This document shows, piece after piece, positions 9,531 through 18,447 of a stretch of 64,000 nt of DNA. How positions within the stretch are numbered: position 1 is the first letter of the stretch; every line of letters starts with the position of its first letter. The DNA is from a virus: the IMG/VR virus record IMGVR_UViG_3300041583_000345, positions 57,931-121,930 of that record; one strand, given 5' to 3'. Both the position numbers and the translations under genes were made by a program. The notes beneath the pieces were generated by a model that saw only the letters and a program-made list of their open reading frames with translations, searched no databases and was not told where the DNA came from.

Positions 9531-12410
9531 TTAAAAACCTAAAGCATTTTTTTGAACAAAATTATTAGTAGTCTCTCCAACTTCATCCCAGATTATTTTA
9601 GAAGGGTCACCTATCCCATTACCTTTGGAAATTTTCATATGTAAATGGTCTAACATTCTAGTTGATTGATAAGATTCCGATACTGATCCCATTCTTCCTA
9701 TAACAGTGGATGCTTGTATTACGGTTTTTCCATTAAATCTTTGTTCACCGGCAAATTTTGTTACATACCCAAGTGTCATAATAATGCCCTTATATTCCCC
9801 GGTTCCGGTGATTTCAAAGCGTCCTATGGTTGTTGTATCTATTTTCTGTCCTTTTGAATATGGTGCGTTCCAGGTGATTGTTCCCGGGAATGGGCAGTAG
9901 ACTAAATCTCCTTTTGTTACTAGTACATCCCAGGCTTTATGTAAGTAGTCTTCCCCTGTTTTCTTATTTTTTCTTGGACTTGTCCAAACTCCTTTTCCTT
10001 CGAGATCATTTCGGGTATCTAAATCTTTTTTACCTAATGGGTTTATATATTTAAGCTTAGGCATGGGGACTGCAGCGTACCCTCCTAAGATTTTTACTGT
10101 AAAAGCTTCGTCTGAAAAGGCTGTTAGGTCTAACTCTTCCTTTGTTCCTGTCACGGTGGCGGTGGTAATCATCTGAGTTTTTATATCCGTAACCCATCTT
10201 CCGCTTTTGATGCTATTTGAAACCCCTGTCACTAGAAAAGCAATTCTATCTTTGTACTTTTTAGGAATTACTTCGTTAGGTACAAGAAAGGATTGTCCAA
10301 TTTTAATTCCAGCGATTCCTTTTATCGTGAAGCTTAATTCAAAAGGTATAATACCTGCAGGATTAGTGTTTTGTTCTTTCGTTGTATATTCTACAAAGGA
10401 GGTTGTAAAGCTAGTATGGTGAGGAATTATAGCTTTAAGGGCATTAGTATCAAATATTAAAGCATTCAAGTTATTAAATTGATCGTTTGCGCGATGTAAA
10501 TGCAAAACTAGTTGTTCACCATCTTTTACGTTTACTATAGTTGTTTTTTCAGGGATTCCCTCTGTTTTAATTGGAGAGCCTATATTCTTAGTAACAAGGT
10601 GTCTATCCTGTATGCCCTTATTCCAGTTAAGAAGTGCGCCGGTGTCTGTGCCTAAATCTGTGGATCCGTACTGTGCTGATATAGCCATCATTGTGGTAAT
10701 ATTACTACTCAACTTAGAGGTGAAAGATAAATTTTCTAACATAGAATTTAAACCTACTAGGTCTATACTTGACCCACTATTCTTAAGGGCGTCTCCTCCG
10801 GGAACTACTTTTCTATCCACTATATAATAAGTAAATTCATCTTCATCATAATGAAAATCAAACTCATTAATCCCCCCCATTGTTTTTTGTATAGTAGCTA
10901 ATAGTTCTTTAACAAATTTGAATACAGTTGATTGGGTTGGGTGGGGTGTTGTTATAGTCTCATCTAATATCGATAGTATATGATCTATTCCCACGTATAT
11001 ATTAAGTATATCGTTTGAGAATTTACTTTCAACTTTACATTTAGATGCTACTGCATAATTATATTCTGTATTCTGATCTCCTTTAGGTAATACTGCAATG
11101 GTAGGGTCTAAAGCGAAATGCTGAAAGTATGTTAAAAACTGGGTTTTTATTTTTTCTTCTTTATTTCCTGTGTAAAATTTAATAATATTTTCTCCCTCTT
11201 GGTCGGTAACCATATAAATTAAATTAACTAATTCTAAAAGGTGATGTAAGGGGATTAACTTTACCCTACTTTCACCGATTGATGTTCCTTTACTGTCAAT
11301 ACTATTCACATCAAATTCTATAAAGTCAAAAGCTTGTTTATTGTTTTCTAAATTACTTTTTATTTTATTATAGTACGTAGGTACATATTTTGTAAGGGCT
11401 GCTGCTGCATCTGTCTTTTCCGTATAACTTTTTATAGTAATTAAGTATCGATGAAGGATACTTTTCTTAATCTCCCCATCGTAGAAATCAGTAGGATCGT
11501 CGGGGAATTGTTCGGGGAATTCTACTAGCGGTTCAGACGGATTGTATTTAGGTACGGGGGAACTATCAGTATAGACAATAGAGGGGTAAGTGTTTGACGG
11601 TGATCCGGTGTTGGGGGATATAATAGTTTGAATAGATTCTATTAACTCACCGGGAGATATTATATCTACACTACAATTATATGTTCCATCTACGTTAAAA
11701 CTCCAAGAAAAGTTTTTAATAAATCCAAACATTGCATCGTAATTATAGCTTGAATTTTTCTTAAGAGTCTGTATTTTAGATTGTATAACTGATTTGGATT
11801 GACCTGTAAAGTAGTCCGAAAATGAGGAGATTAGTGTACCTATCTCGTTACTGTTACTTACGTATATAGAATGTCCCCATTCTAGTAGGATTGTATACCC
11901 TGGTCTTAGGTATATTTGCTCTAAATCATCTAACTGCTCTATAGAGTTAGCTTTAAACTCTACTTTTCCTTCTCTTAGTGTACCAAATTGATTTTTACTT
12001 GAAACAGTCATAGAAGTAATTCCTGGCATAGGTCGTGCTCCGTAGAGATTCGATTTTTTATATGCACCGGTAGAAGGATCAAAACCAGCCTGAAGTTCCT
12101 TGCCTTCGTATAACGTTCCACCTAAAAGTACATTGTTTTTAGCTAATTCTGAGCTATATTTTGGTACTTCTGTGGGTGAAATTACTTCCCCTGTTTTAAT
12201 AACTTTGGGGATTTCTATGTTAATAGATGAGGAGAGTTTTACCCATCCGGTATTACTATTTAGGTATAGTATATCATCTTTAGTCCTTGTATGTCTCTTA
12301 CTAATAATATTTTTTCTAGCAGTAAGCTGGTTAATTACTCCTCGGTCTAGCGGTCCACCTATAATAGCACTGTCTATATCAATATTTAGGGGATTAGATA
12401 TTTTGCTCAT
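9531..12410 (-). CDS. Baseplate hub-like protein with a C-terminal M23 peptidase domain
   Basis: Follows the LysM gene; C-terminal HKAWD...HLH M23 zinc motifs. Confidence 0.65.
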   Translation of the reverse strand: MSKISNPLNIDIDSAIIGGPLDRGVINQLTARKNIISKRHTRTKDDILYLNSNTGWVKLSSSINIEIPKVIKTGEVISPTEVPKYSSELAKNNVLLGGTLYEGKELQAGFDPSTGAYKKSNLYGARPMPGITSMTVSSKNQFGTLREGKVEFKANSIEQLDDLEQIYLRPGYTILLEWGHSIYVSNSNEIGTLISSFSDYFTGQSKSVIQSKIQTLKKNSSYNYDAMFGFIKNFSWSFNVDGTYNCSVDIISPGELIESIQTIISPNTGSPSNTYPSIVYTDSSPVPKYNPSEPLVEFPEQFPDDPTDFYDGEIKKSILHRYLITIKSYTEKTDAAAALTKYVPTYYNKIKSNLENNKQAFDFIEFDVNSIDSKGTSIGESRVKLIPLHHLLELVNLIYMVTDQEGENIIKFYTGNKEEKIKTQFLTYFQHFALDPTIAVLPKGDQNTEYNYAVASKCKVESKFSNDILNIYVGIDHILSILDETITTPHPTQSTVFKFVKELLATIQKTMGGINEFDFHYDEDEFTYYIVDRKVVPGGDALKNSGSSIDLVGLNSMLENLSFTSKLSSNITTMMAISAQYGSTDLGTDTGALLNWNKGIQDRHLVTKNIGSPIKTEGIPEKTTIVNVKDGEQLVLHLHRANDQFNNLNALIFDTNALKAIIPHHTSFTTSFVEYTTKEQNTNPAGIIPFELSFTIKGIAGIKIGQSFLVPNEVIPKKYKDRIAFLVTGVSNSIKSGRWVTDIKTQMITTATVTGTKEELDLTAFSDEAFTVKILGGYAAVPMPKLKYINPLGKKDLDTRNDLEGKGVWTSPRKNKKTGEDYLHKAWDVLVTKGDLVYCPFPGTITWNAPYSKGQKIDTTTIGRFEITGTGEYKGIIMTLGYVTKFAGEQRFNGKTVIQASTVIGRMGSVSESYQSTRMLDHLHMKISKGNGIGDPSKIIWDEVGETTNNFVQKNALGF

Positions 12411-12411
12411 T

Positions 12412-12714
12412 TTACCTTATTGTATTTTCTCTATTAAATAACTCAACTGCTTGTGATTTACTTGCAGGAATTCTTAATTGTACCCCTGGCTGTACTATTA
12501 GGGAGGCTCTTTCTGAGTTATTAGCTGATGCTATTATCCACCACAGTGAAGCATCATTGTAGAACTGTAGGGATAATGTATCATATCTATCCTCTATAGT
12601 AGTTATAATATAGATATCATCTTCGGATACAGGAATAGCTGGGTATATAGTAGTTCTTTTATACTGTCTACCTTCTTGAGTTTCTATATTATCTATATCT
12701 GTATATCTATTCAT
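12412..12714 (-). CDS. LysM-domain baseplate protein (gp53/tail X-like)
   Basis: DRYDTLSLQFYNDASLWWIIASAN...PGVQLRIP. Confidence 0.8.
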   Translation of the reverse strand: MNRYTDIDNIETQEGRQYKRTTIYPAIPVSEDDIYIITTIEDRYDTLSLQFYNDASLWWIIASANNSERASLIVQPGVQLRIPASKSQAVELFNRENTIR

Positions 12715-12726
12715 TTTATAACTTTA

Positions 12727-14202
12727 TTATGTTTTAGTTGCCTCTGGAACTTCTGTTCCACCGAATTTAGATGTAGTCTTATCAAAAAATTTTGCTCCGT
12801 TGTTGAGTTTATTGTTGGAGGTAATATAATGATAAAGACCTGTCTGTGGGACAAATTCATGTATAGGTCTAAAATTAACCTGACAGTTTAATAACATAGG
12901 GAGTTCTTGTTGATGAAAATCTGCTTCATTCTCTCCTTCTTTTGCTTGCGGGGTATTCATAGCTATCTCCCATGGGTAGTTTTGGTCCCAAGAGTAGTTA
13001 ACACTTTCTATAATCCCGTACTGTTTGTCTACATAATCCCCTACTGTCAACTTAGCAATTGTTCCTCTCATATACCCCTGTTCAGTATATGTAGGAGCGG
13101 TTGCAGATGCTAAAGCTACTATTTTTTGATAAAGAGGTCGCATTTCATGTCTTGTATTTGCTGATATAGTAAACCCTACCGAAATAGTTCTATTAAAACC
13201 CTGGTAGGTAAAAAAGTCTTCTCCTCTACCGACGTAATTAAAACTGTTCCAATTTCCTGCATAATTATCAGTAAAGGAAGTTAAGTACGCTCTAAAGAAT
13301 AGTACTTTTTCTACGTCTGGGGTGATTATATTAAATCTAAATTTAATTATATCCCTTCCTAATTCTGCTGTTGTAGCGGCTTTAAAATCGTCTTTATCTA
13401 CTATACCTTTAATGTTAACTTTATCTATAGCTGCATTTTCAGAGGGGCTCCAGTATTCAGTACTGTTGGCCTTTGTGCGTTTAAAAGAATGATCACTTAC
13501 ACCTATTCTGGATTCTTTTCTTACTATATTTCCTACTCTGGGTTCTACGTCAATTCCTGCATATTTGTTTAATTTTACCCGTGCCTGTAGTTCTGATGTT
13601 CCTAATGCTGCTATTGCTGCTTGTTTAGAAAGTTTTACTGTTTCTTTTGGAGGGCTTACTTTTATACCAGTAGCCTTTTCAAGTCTATTAGCATATCCGT
13701 CTACCTCCTGATACTGTGTTTTTTCGCCTTTTAAACCAGAGTTTTCTAGTTTTGCGCCCCCTATTGTTCTTTCTAAGTATCCTTTATTTCCGGCGAATCC
13801 TTTTACAAAATGGGTACCGGTTCCGTTTAAAGGTACTTGGGCTAGGGTGGAACCTATAATTTTAACGCTATTGAAAAGATTTGCTCCAACTGTAGCAAGT
13901 ACACTTCCTACTCCTGTTCTATCAGTACCGTCGGGTTTTGGCTTTATTTCTACACTTGCTTTATTTAATAGGGTTTCATTTGCTATCCACTTAAGGCCTG
14001 GTTTTTGAGTAAGTAAAGTACCTATTCTCTTTAAATCATCAATACGTCTTGATACTTCGTTAGAGGAAGGTCCGTTTTCTCTTAGGCCAGTAGGAATCTT
14101 TTTAGTAACTATTGGAACATTGCCTATAGATGCTATTTCCCCAAACTTAAGTTTATTAAGTTGGGTTTGAGTTCCGTTAGCAAATGATTCTATTAAGGCC
14201 AT
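12727..14202 (-). CDS. Baseplate tube-initiator-like structural protein (gp48/54-like)
   Basis: C-terminal FRAYLTSFTDNYAGNW...VGRGEDFFTYQGFNRTISVGF; lies between tape measure and LysM genes. Confidence 0.55.
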   Translation of the reverse strand: MALIESFANGTQTQLNKLKFGEIASIGNVPIVTKKIPTGLRENGPSSNEVSRRIDDLKRIGTLLTQKPGLKWIANETLLNKASVEIKPKPDGTDRTGVGSVLATVGANLFNSVKIIGSTLAQVPLNGTGTHFVKGFAGNKGYLERTIGGAKLENSGLKGEKTQYQEVDGYANRLEKATGIKVSPPKETVKLSKQAAIAALGTSELQARVKLNKYAGIDVEPRVGNIVRKESRIGVSDHSFKRTKANSTEYWSPSENAAIDKVNIKGIVDKDDFKAATTAELGRDIIKFRFNIITPDVEKVLFFRAYLTSFTDNYAGNWNSFNYVGRGEDFFTYQGFNRTISVGFTISANTRHEMRPLYQKIVALASATAPTYTEQGYMRGTIAKLTVGDYVDKQYGIIESVNYSWDQNYPWEIAMNTPQAKEGENEADFHQQELPMLLNCQVNFRPIHEFVPQTGLYHYITSNNKLNNGAKFFDKTTSKFGGTEVPEATKT

Positions 14203-14205
14203 GTA

Positions 14206-14385
14206 TTACCTAGGTAAGTTGTTTACGTATTTTTGTGGTGTTTTTCCGTCTAAATCCAAATCAGATTGATCGGGAAATGAATCGGGGTTGTGTATTGGAG
14301 AAGATTTTAATGCTCCTGCTCTCAGGGGTGGTGCTTGACCTTTTAGCCCTAAGTTTGAATTTGGTAATGAATCTAGTAATCCCAT
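14206..14385 (-). CDS. 59-aa small protein missing from the ORF track
   Basis: MGLLDSLPNSNLGLKGQAPP...SDLDLDGKTPQKYVNNLPR; fills the gap exactly and has a TATTTATA box at 14401-14408. Confidence 0.7.
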   Translation of the reverse strand: MGLLDSLPNSNLGLKGQAPPLRAGALKSSPIHNPDSFPDQSDLDLDGKTPQKYVNNLPR

Positions 14386-14410
14386 ATTAGTTTATTTTAT
14401 TATAAATAGT

Positions 14411-16726
14411 TTAACTTAACTTATAGGATGATAGCACAAGGGCTTCTCCTACTTTATTTCCGTCCATATAAACATTTCCTCCTTTTTCTACTGCTGCAAT
14501 AAGTTTCTCTAGTTTTGCAAGTATAGCGCTTTCTCCTTTTTGGTTACTACTGCTACCGTTAAGATTTGTTCCTGCTATTATACTATCCTGTTTGTTTAAC
14601 TGTATAGATCCTTTTTGCCCGGATACTACTAGTCCTCCTTGGGGGTCTATAATACCGTCGTCTATCCTATCGTCACTTACTGTAGTGGGGGTGCCTGATT
14701 CTTCCTCTTCCGAGCTAGAACCCATATTTTTTGATGTCATCACCCCAGCTGCAAGACCTGCACCGACGACTGCTAAACCCCCTGCTATTGCGAAAGCGGC
14801 GGTACCTCCGGTTAAGGCTAGCGCGGTCACTACTGAACTAGCAGCTACTAGTGCCATGGTTACTGCAAGAGATGTTAAAATTCCAACTAGAAGAGGTAGG
14901 TTATCTATAAGGGAAGCAAATATATCTTTTGCTTTATCTAGTGCCCCATTAAACCTATCCTGCAGCTTAGCTCTCTCTAATGCTGCTTTAGCGTCTTTTT
15001 CGGATGCTGCTTGGTTTAGTATTCTATTTGCTCCTTCAATGTCGCCTGCTTTTGTTAATAGGTCAACTCTGTCTAGTAACTGTTTTTTTGTGTTTTCTCC
15101 TAAACTATTTAAGTTTTGTTGCTGTAATAAAACAGTAGCTAATTCATCAGCGGTCATGTTTACTGCTTTAGCTAAAGAATCTTGTGCAAGAATATTCATA
15201 TCTTGGAAATCTTTTAAAGATCCAAAATTCTTAGCTAATTCTACGGCTGCTTCTGCTGATTTTCCTTGAAGAGCTAAGTATCTTGCTTTTTCAAGGTTTA
15301 ATTCTTTACCTGTTAGTAATTCCGCTTCTAATTCGTTGGATATACTTGATTCAAAGTCCAACAAACCTTTGGAGGCTGCTGCTGCTTGTTCTAAGGTCAA
15401 ACCTAATCGTCTAGCTTGTACTACCGCTGCTCCTATTAATACAGGGTTATTTTTATAGTTAGCAGCTAATCTTCCGGATGTATTTGCTACTTCTTCGAGT
15501 ATTTCCCTATTATCTAATGATACACCGTTTTGAAACTTTAAAGCTTGTGTCTGCTTAATAACACCCTTTAGGGTGTCATCCATTGAAATTTTTGATACTC
15601 TGGCTAATGTTCCAAGTTTTGCTCCGGCTTCTGCAGCAATTCCTACATATTTGGTTAATTTTACCTGTGCCTGTAGTTCTGATGTTTTAAATCCTGCTGT
15701 TACTCCTGCTTGTTTAGAAAGTGCTGTTTGTGCGTCTACAAGGCTTTGTGTGGTCTCTAGTATTCTCCCGCTACCTCTAGCTGCGTCCGAGAGTTCTTCT
15801 CTAAATGCTGCAGCCTCTTTATAGGATTTACCTTGAGATTTGGAAATTTCTGTTATCTGTGTATCTACTTTAAATGCTAAATTTAATATACCTTTAAAAG
15901 CGGTGGCTAAAAGTGCAAGCTGTCCCATTGGACTTGCAAACATTCGTGTTATACCCCCAACGATGGAGTTCATCCCTGCTGCGTTTGCTTCAGCTAAATT
16001 CTTTGTCTTTTTATATGCGGCTGCTGCAGCTTCTTCGGCTTCTTTAAATGCGGGGGCTAGTTTTCTAAGACCTGGTATTGCTCCTATTATATCTGCCATT
16101 GCGGCAAATTTAGCTGTAGCTTTATTTATATCTTTCTGAAGTGCTAGACGTTCTCCAGCTTTGTTTATTATTGCTTCTTCTATCGCTAACTTTTGAGTCG
16201 AGTATTTTAAAAGCTCGTATTCCTCCTCCGTTATAGCCTTACTTACTTTTAATTCGTCTAGTTTAGTTTTATAAGCTTCCCCCTCCAAGCCAGATAGCTG
16301 ATATTGATTTTTAAGTAAGTCTGTACTTGTCTCAAGTATACCTTTTTGAATTTCAAGAGAGGCTAGGTGTTTTATTAGTTGTTTCTCTGAAAGATTTACT
16401 AACCCATTTTCATCGTTTACTAGTTCCTGCGATATATTTCTAAATTCTTTTCTACTTTTAAGGGCGTTATTGGTAAAGGATTCTGTTTTGGAAAGTTCCG
16501 CTAAATTTGCTCGTAGAATACTAGTAAGGTCTGCAAAGGTTTCATTTGAAAAAGCAGCAATATTAGATAATTCTGTAACTTTTAAAGCCATAAGTCCTAA
16601 TTGGACCTGTGCTGCTGTTACATTATTTTTTACGGCTTCAAAAGCAGCAACCATTGCTTCTACTTCTTTGGTAGATGCACCTAATTTATTAAGTTGCCCT
16701 ACTATTTTTGCTAATTCCTTATCCAC
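14411..16726 (-). CDS. Tape measure protein
   Basis: 771 aa, Ala/Leu-rich helical with hydrophobic segments; downstream of tube and chaperone genes. The track start is GTG. Confidence 0.8.
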   Translation of the reverse strand: MDKELAKIVGQLNKLGASTKEVEAMVAAFEAVKNNVTAAQVQLGLMALKVTELSNIAAFSNETFADLTSILRANLAELSKTESFTNNALKSRKEFRNISQELVNDENGLVNLSEKQLIKHLASLEIQKGILETSTDLLKNQYQLSGLEGEAYKTKLDELKVSKAITEEEYELLKYSTQKLAIEEAIINKAGERLALQKDINKATAKFAAMADIIGAIPGLRKLAPAFKEAEEAAAAAYKKTKNLAEANAAGMNSIVGGITRMFASPMGQLALLATAFKGILNLAFKVDTQITEISKSQGKSYKEAAAFREELSDAARGSGRILETTQSLVDAQTALSKQAGVTAGFKTSELQAQVKLTKYVGIAAEAGAKLGTLARVSKISMDDTLKGVIKQTQALKFQNGVSLDNREILEEVANTSGRLAANYKNNPVLIGAAVVQARRLGLTLEQAAAASKGLLDFESSISNELEAELLTGKELNLEKARYLALQGKSAEAAVELAKNFGSLKDFQDMNILAQDSLAKAVNMTADELATVLLQQQNLNSLGENTKKQLLDRVDLLTKAGDIEGANRILNQAASEKDAKAALERAKLQDRFNGALDKAKDIFASLIDNLPLLVGILTSLAVTMALVAASSVVTALALTGGTAAFAIAGGLAVVGAGLAAGVMTSKNMGSSSEEEESGTPTTVSDDRIDDGIIDPQGGLVVSGQKGSIQLNKQDSIIAGTNLNGSSSNQKGESAILAKLEKLIAAVEKGGNVYMDGNKVGEALVLSSYKLS

Positions 16727-16741
16727 TTAAAAGTTATTTAT

Positions 16742-16749
16742 TATAAATA
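16742..16749 (-). promoter_or_regulatory. TATTTATA late-promoter-like box upstream of the tape measure gene
   Basis: Exact match to the recurrent intergenic motif. Confidence 0.6.
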
Positions 16750-16762
16750 GTAAAGGCCTCTA

Positions 16763-17015
16763 TTATTTAGAAGCCTTTGTGCTGTATGCTGGTTTTATAT
16801 TAGGTCGTGCGATAGCTGTCGATGGTTTAGTTGGTGGTTGTGTATCTTCATTCTGTTTATCGTACCATTCTTTTAATTTATTAAATGTAAACTTTCTTAA
16901 CCATATTGGCATGTTGTATACATCTGCCCATGAATACCCTCCATTACCATGGAAGACTATATCATGTATTTGAGAATAGAACGATGTTCTATAGTTTTGC
17001 GTCAGGCCAAAAAAA
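16763..17015 (-). CDS. Frameshift extension of the tail assembly chaperone (GT-like C-terminal part)
   Basis: The +1 frame from the U7 run (17009-17015) reads FFGLTQNYRTSFYSQIHDIVFHGNGGYSWADVYNMPIWLRKF...ASK-stop, with no ATG until MPIW. Confidence 0.7.
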
Positions 17016-17729
17016 GTTTAGAGTAATCGGAAGATCGACGCCCTCCTCAACGCCGTCTACATAAACTATTAAGTCTATGTCTGGGTTTATTCTAGAGTAT
17101 TCATCTCTAAGGGCTCTAGCATCAAGGGCTAATAGTCCGTTATCGACAAAGTCTCTAATGTCTTTTTTCTCTGTACTTCCGTTTACTGATAAAATTATAT
17201 GCTTTAGTCGGGTGGTGCTTGTAGTCGAACTATCTTTATTAATTTTTTTCAGACCTTTCATTTCTCTTTCTATAGATGCTTCATCCGAATGAGTTAAAAG
17301 TTTAAATGTTACAACATTATCTGTGTTTGGTAGTTGAAATAAAAATTCATTCTTTCTTTCCTTATACAAGTCCTGGTTGATTTCTTTTTCTTTTATCTGG
17401 GATAAATCAATAGTTTCCTGTTTTCCTTTCACTGTGGTGGTATACTCTTTTCCATACGCAAGTATACGTGCTGCTATCATTATAGCATTTTTATCACCAG
17501 TTAGTAAATCTCCATAAACAATCCCTTCTGTTACGATAAGGGACTGTAACAGTTTATCTATTACTGTACCATTTGTTATATAATTACCGTTGGTTAGTAT
17601 ATCTTCTTCCCTAGCGGTCATATACTTCATTTCAATCTTACCGGTGGCTAGTGGTGATCCTTCGGGGTAAAGTAACCCTTTTGAAGGCAAATCTACCGTT
17701 TCGGTAGGTAAATTAAATTTTGATTCCAT
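16989..17729 (-). CDS. Tail assembly chaperone / hub assembly protein (gp26/gp51-like)
   Basis: LPSKGLLY, MTAREEDIL, ends LNFFWPDAKL; lies between tube and tape measure genes. Confidence 0.7.
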   Translation of the reverse strand: MESKFNLPTETVDLPSKGLLYPEGSPLATGKIEMKYMTAREEDILTNGNYITNGTVIDKLLQSLIVTEGIVYGDLLTGDKNAIMIAARILAYGKEYTTTVKGKQETIDLSQIKEKEINQDLYKERKNEFLFQLPNTDNVVTFKLLTHSDEASIEREMKGLKKINKDSSTTSTTRLKHIILSVNGSTEKKDIRDFVDNGLLALDARALRDEYSRINPDIDLIVYVDGVEEGVDLPITLNFFWPDAKL

Positions 17730-17757
17730 AAATTTTATTAGTTATAACTTGTCTATA

Positions 17758-17791
17758 TATAAATATACGAAGAATATATTTCTAAAACAAC
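17758..17791 (-). promoter_or_regulatory. Overlapping sigmaA-type promoter (GTTG-N20-TATATT) and TATTTATA box
   Basis: Plus strand CAAC 17788-17791, AATATA 17762-17767, TATAAATA 17758-17765. Confidence 0.55.
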
Positions 17792-17835
17792 AACTAGTTA
17801 CTCTATTTTACAGCTTTTAGTTAACTATATTCCAT

Positions 17836-17871
17836 AAAAAAATGCCTATCTAATTTAATCTAAATAGGCAC
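17836..17871 (-). terminator. Intrinsic terminator after the tail tube gene
   Basis: TGCCTAT / ATAGGCA stem followed by a T-run on the minus strand. Confidence 0.65.
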
Positions 17872-17924
17872 TATTTTATAAAAGTAGTAGTTTAATATAC
17901 GTTCTTTAGTATTTCAACACAACA

Positions 17925-18410
17925 TTAATAATTTAGGATACAATAATCCATTGATACAGTAATTGCTAAATCTACCACTGCATCTGAAGTCCAATCATAT
18001 TGACCGAAATCTCCTGTTTGTAAGAATGCTCCTTTAATAATCCATTCTCCTACTATATCCCCTACTGGTCCTAAGATGTTAAGGGTAAGGTCTTTTTTGT
18101 AAAAGTCTGAATATCCAGCTCTACCTGTTACTGATTCGTAAGATAGACGTGCCCATTCCATTACCGACTGTGCTCCTGATGGAGTGATTGGGTCGTAAAG
18201 AGTCATTGACATATCTTGCCATTCTCTCTTTCCTCTAATTTTTCGGTAAGAGTTAATATGATCAAGTTTAATCACGTTATCTGTAAATGATGGTGCTTTC
18301 ACATTCTTTACTAAGAAAGAAGGTATTCCGTCCATGTACATTACAAATCTGTTTTGTACTTTAGGCTCGAAAGCTCTAAACATTATCTCATTGGGATCTA
18401 ATACTGCCAT
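17925..18410 (-). CDS. Tail tube protein (gp19-like)
   Basis: FEPKVQNRF, W.DMSMTLYDPI, WIIKGAF; directly after the sheath gene. Confidence 0.88.
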   Translation of the reverse strand: MAVLDPNEIMFRAFEPKVQNRFVMYMDGIPSFLVKNVKAPSFTDNVIKLDHINSYRKIRGKREWQDMSMTLYDPITPSGAQSVMEWARLSYESVTGRAGYSDFYKKDLTLNILGPVGDIVGEWIIKGAFLQTGDFGQYDWTSDAVVDLAITVSMDYCILNY

Positions 18411-18447
18411 GTTGTATTTGCTTTATTATAAATATCTTAAATTTTAA

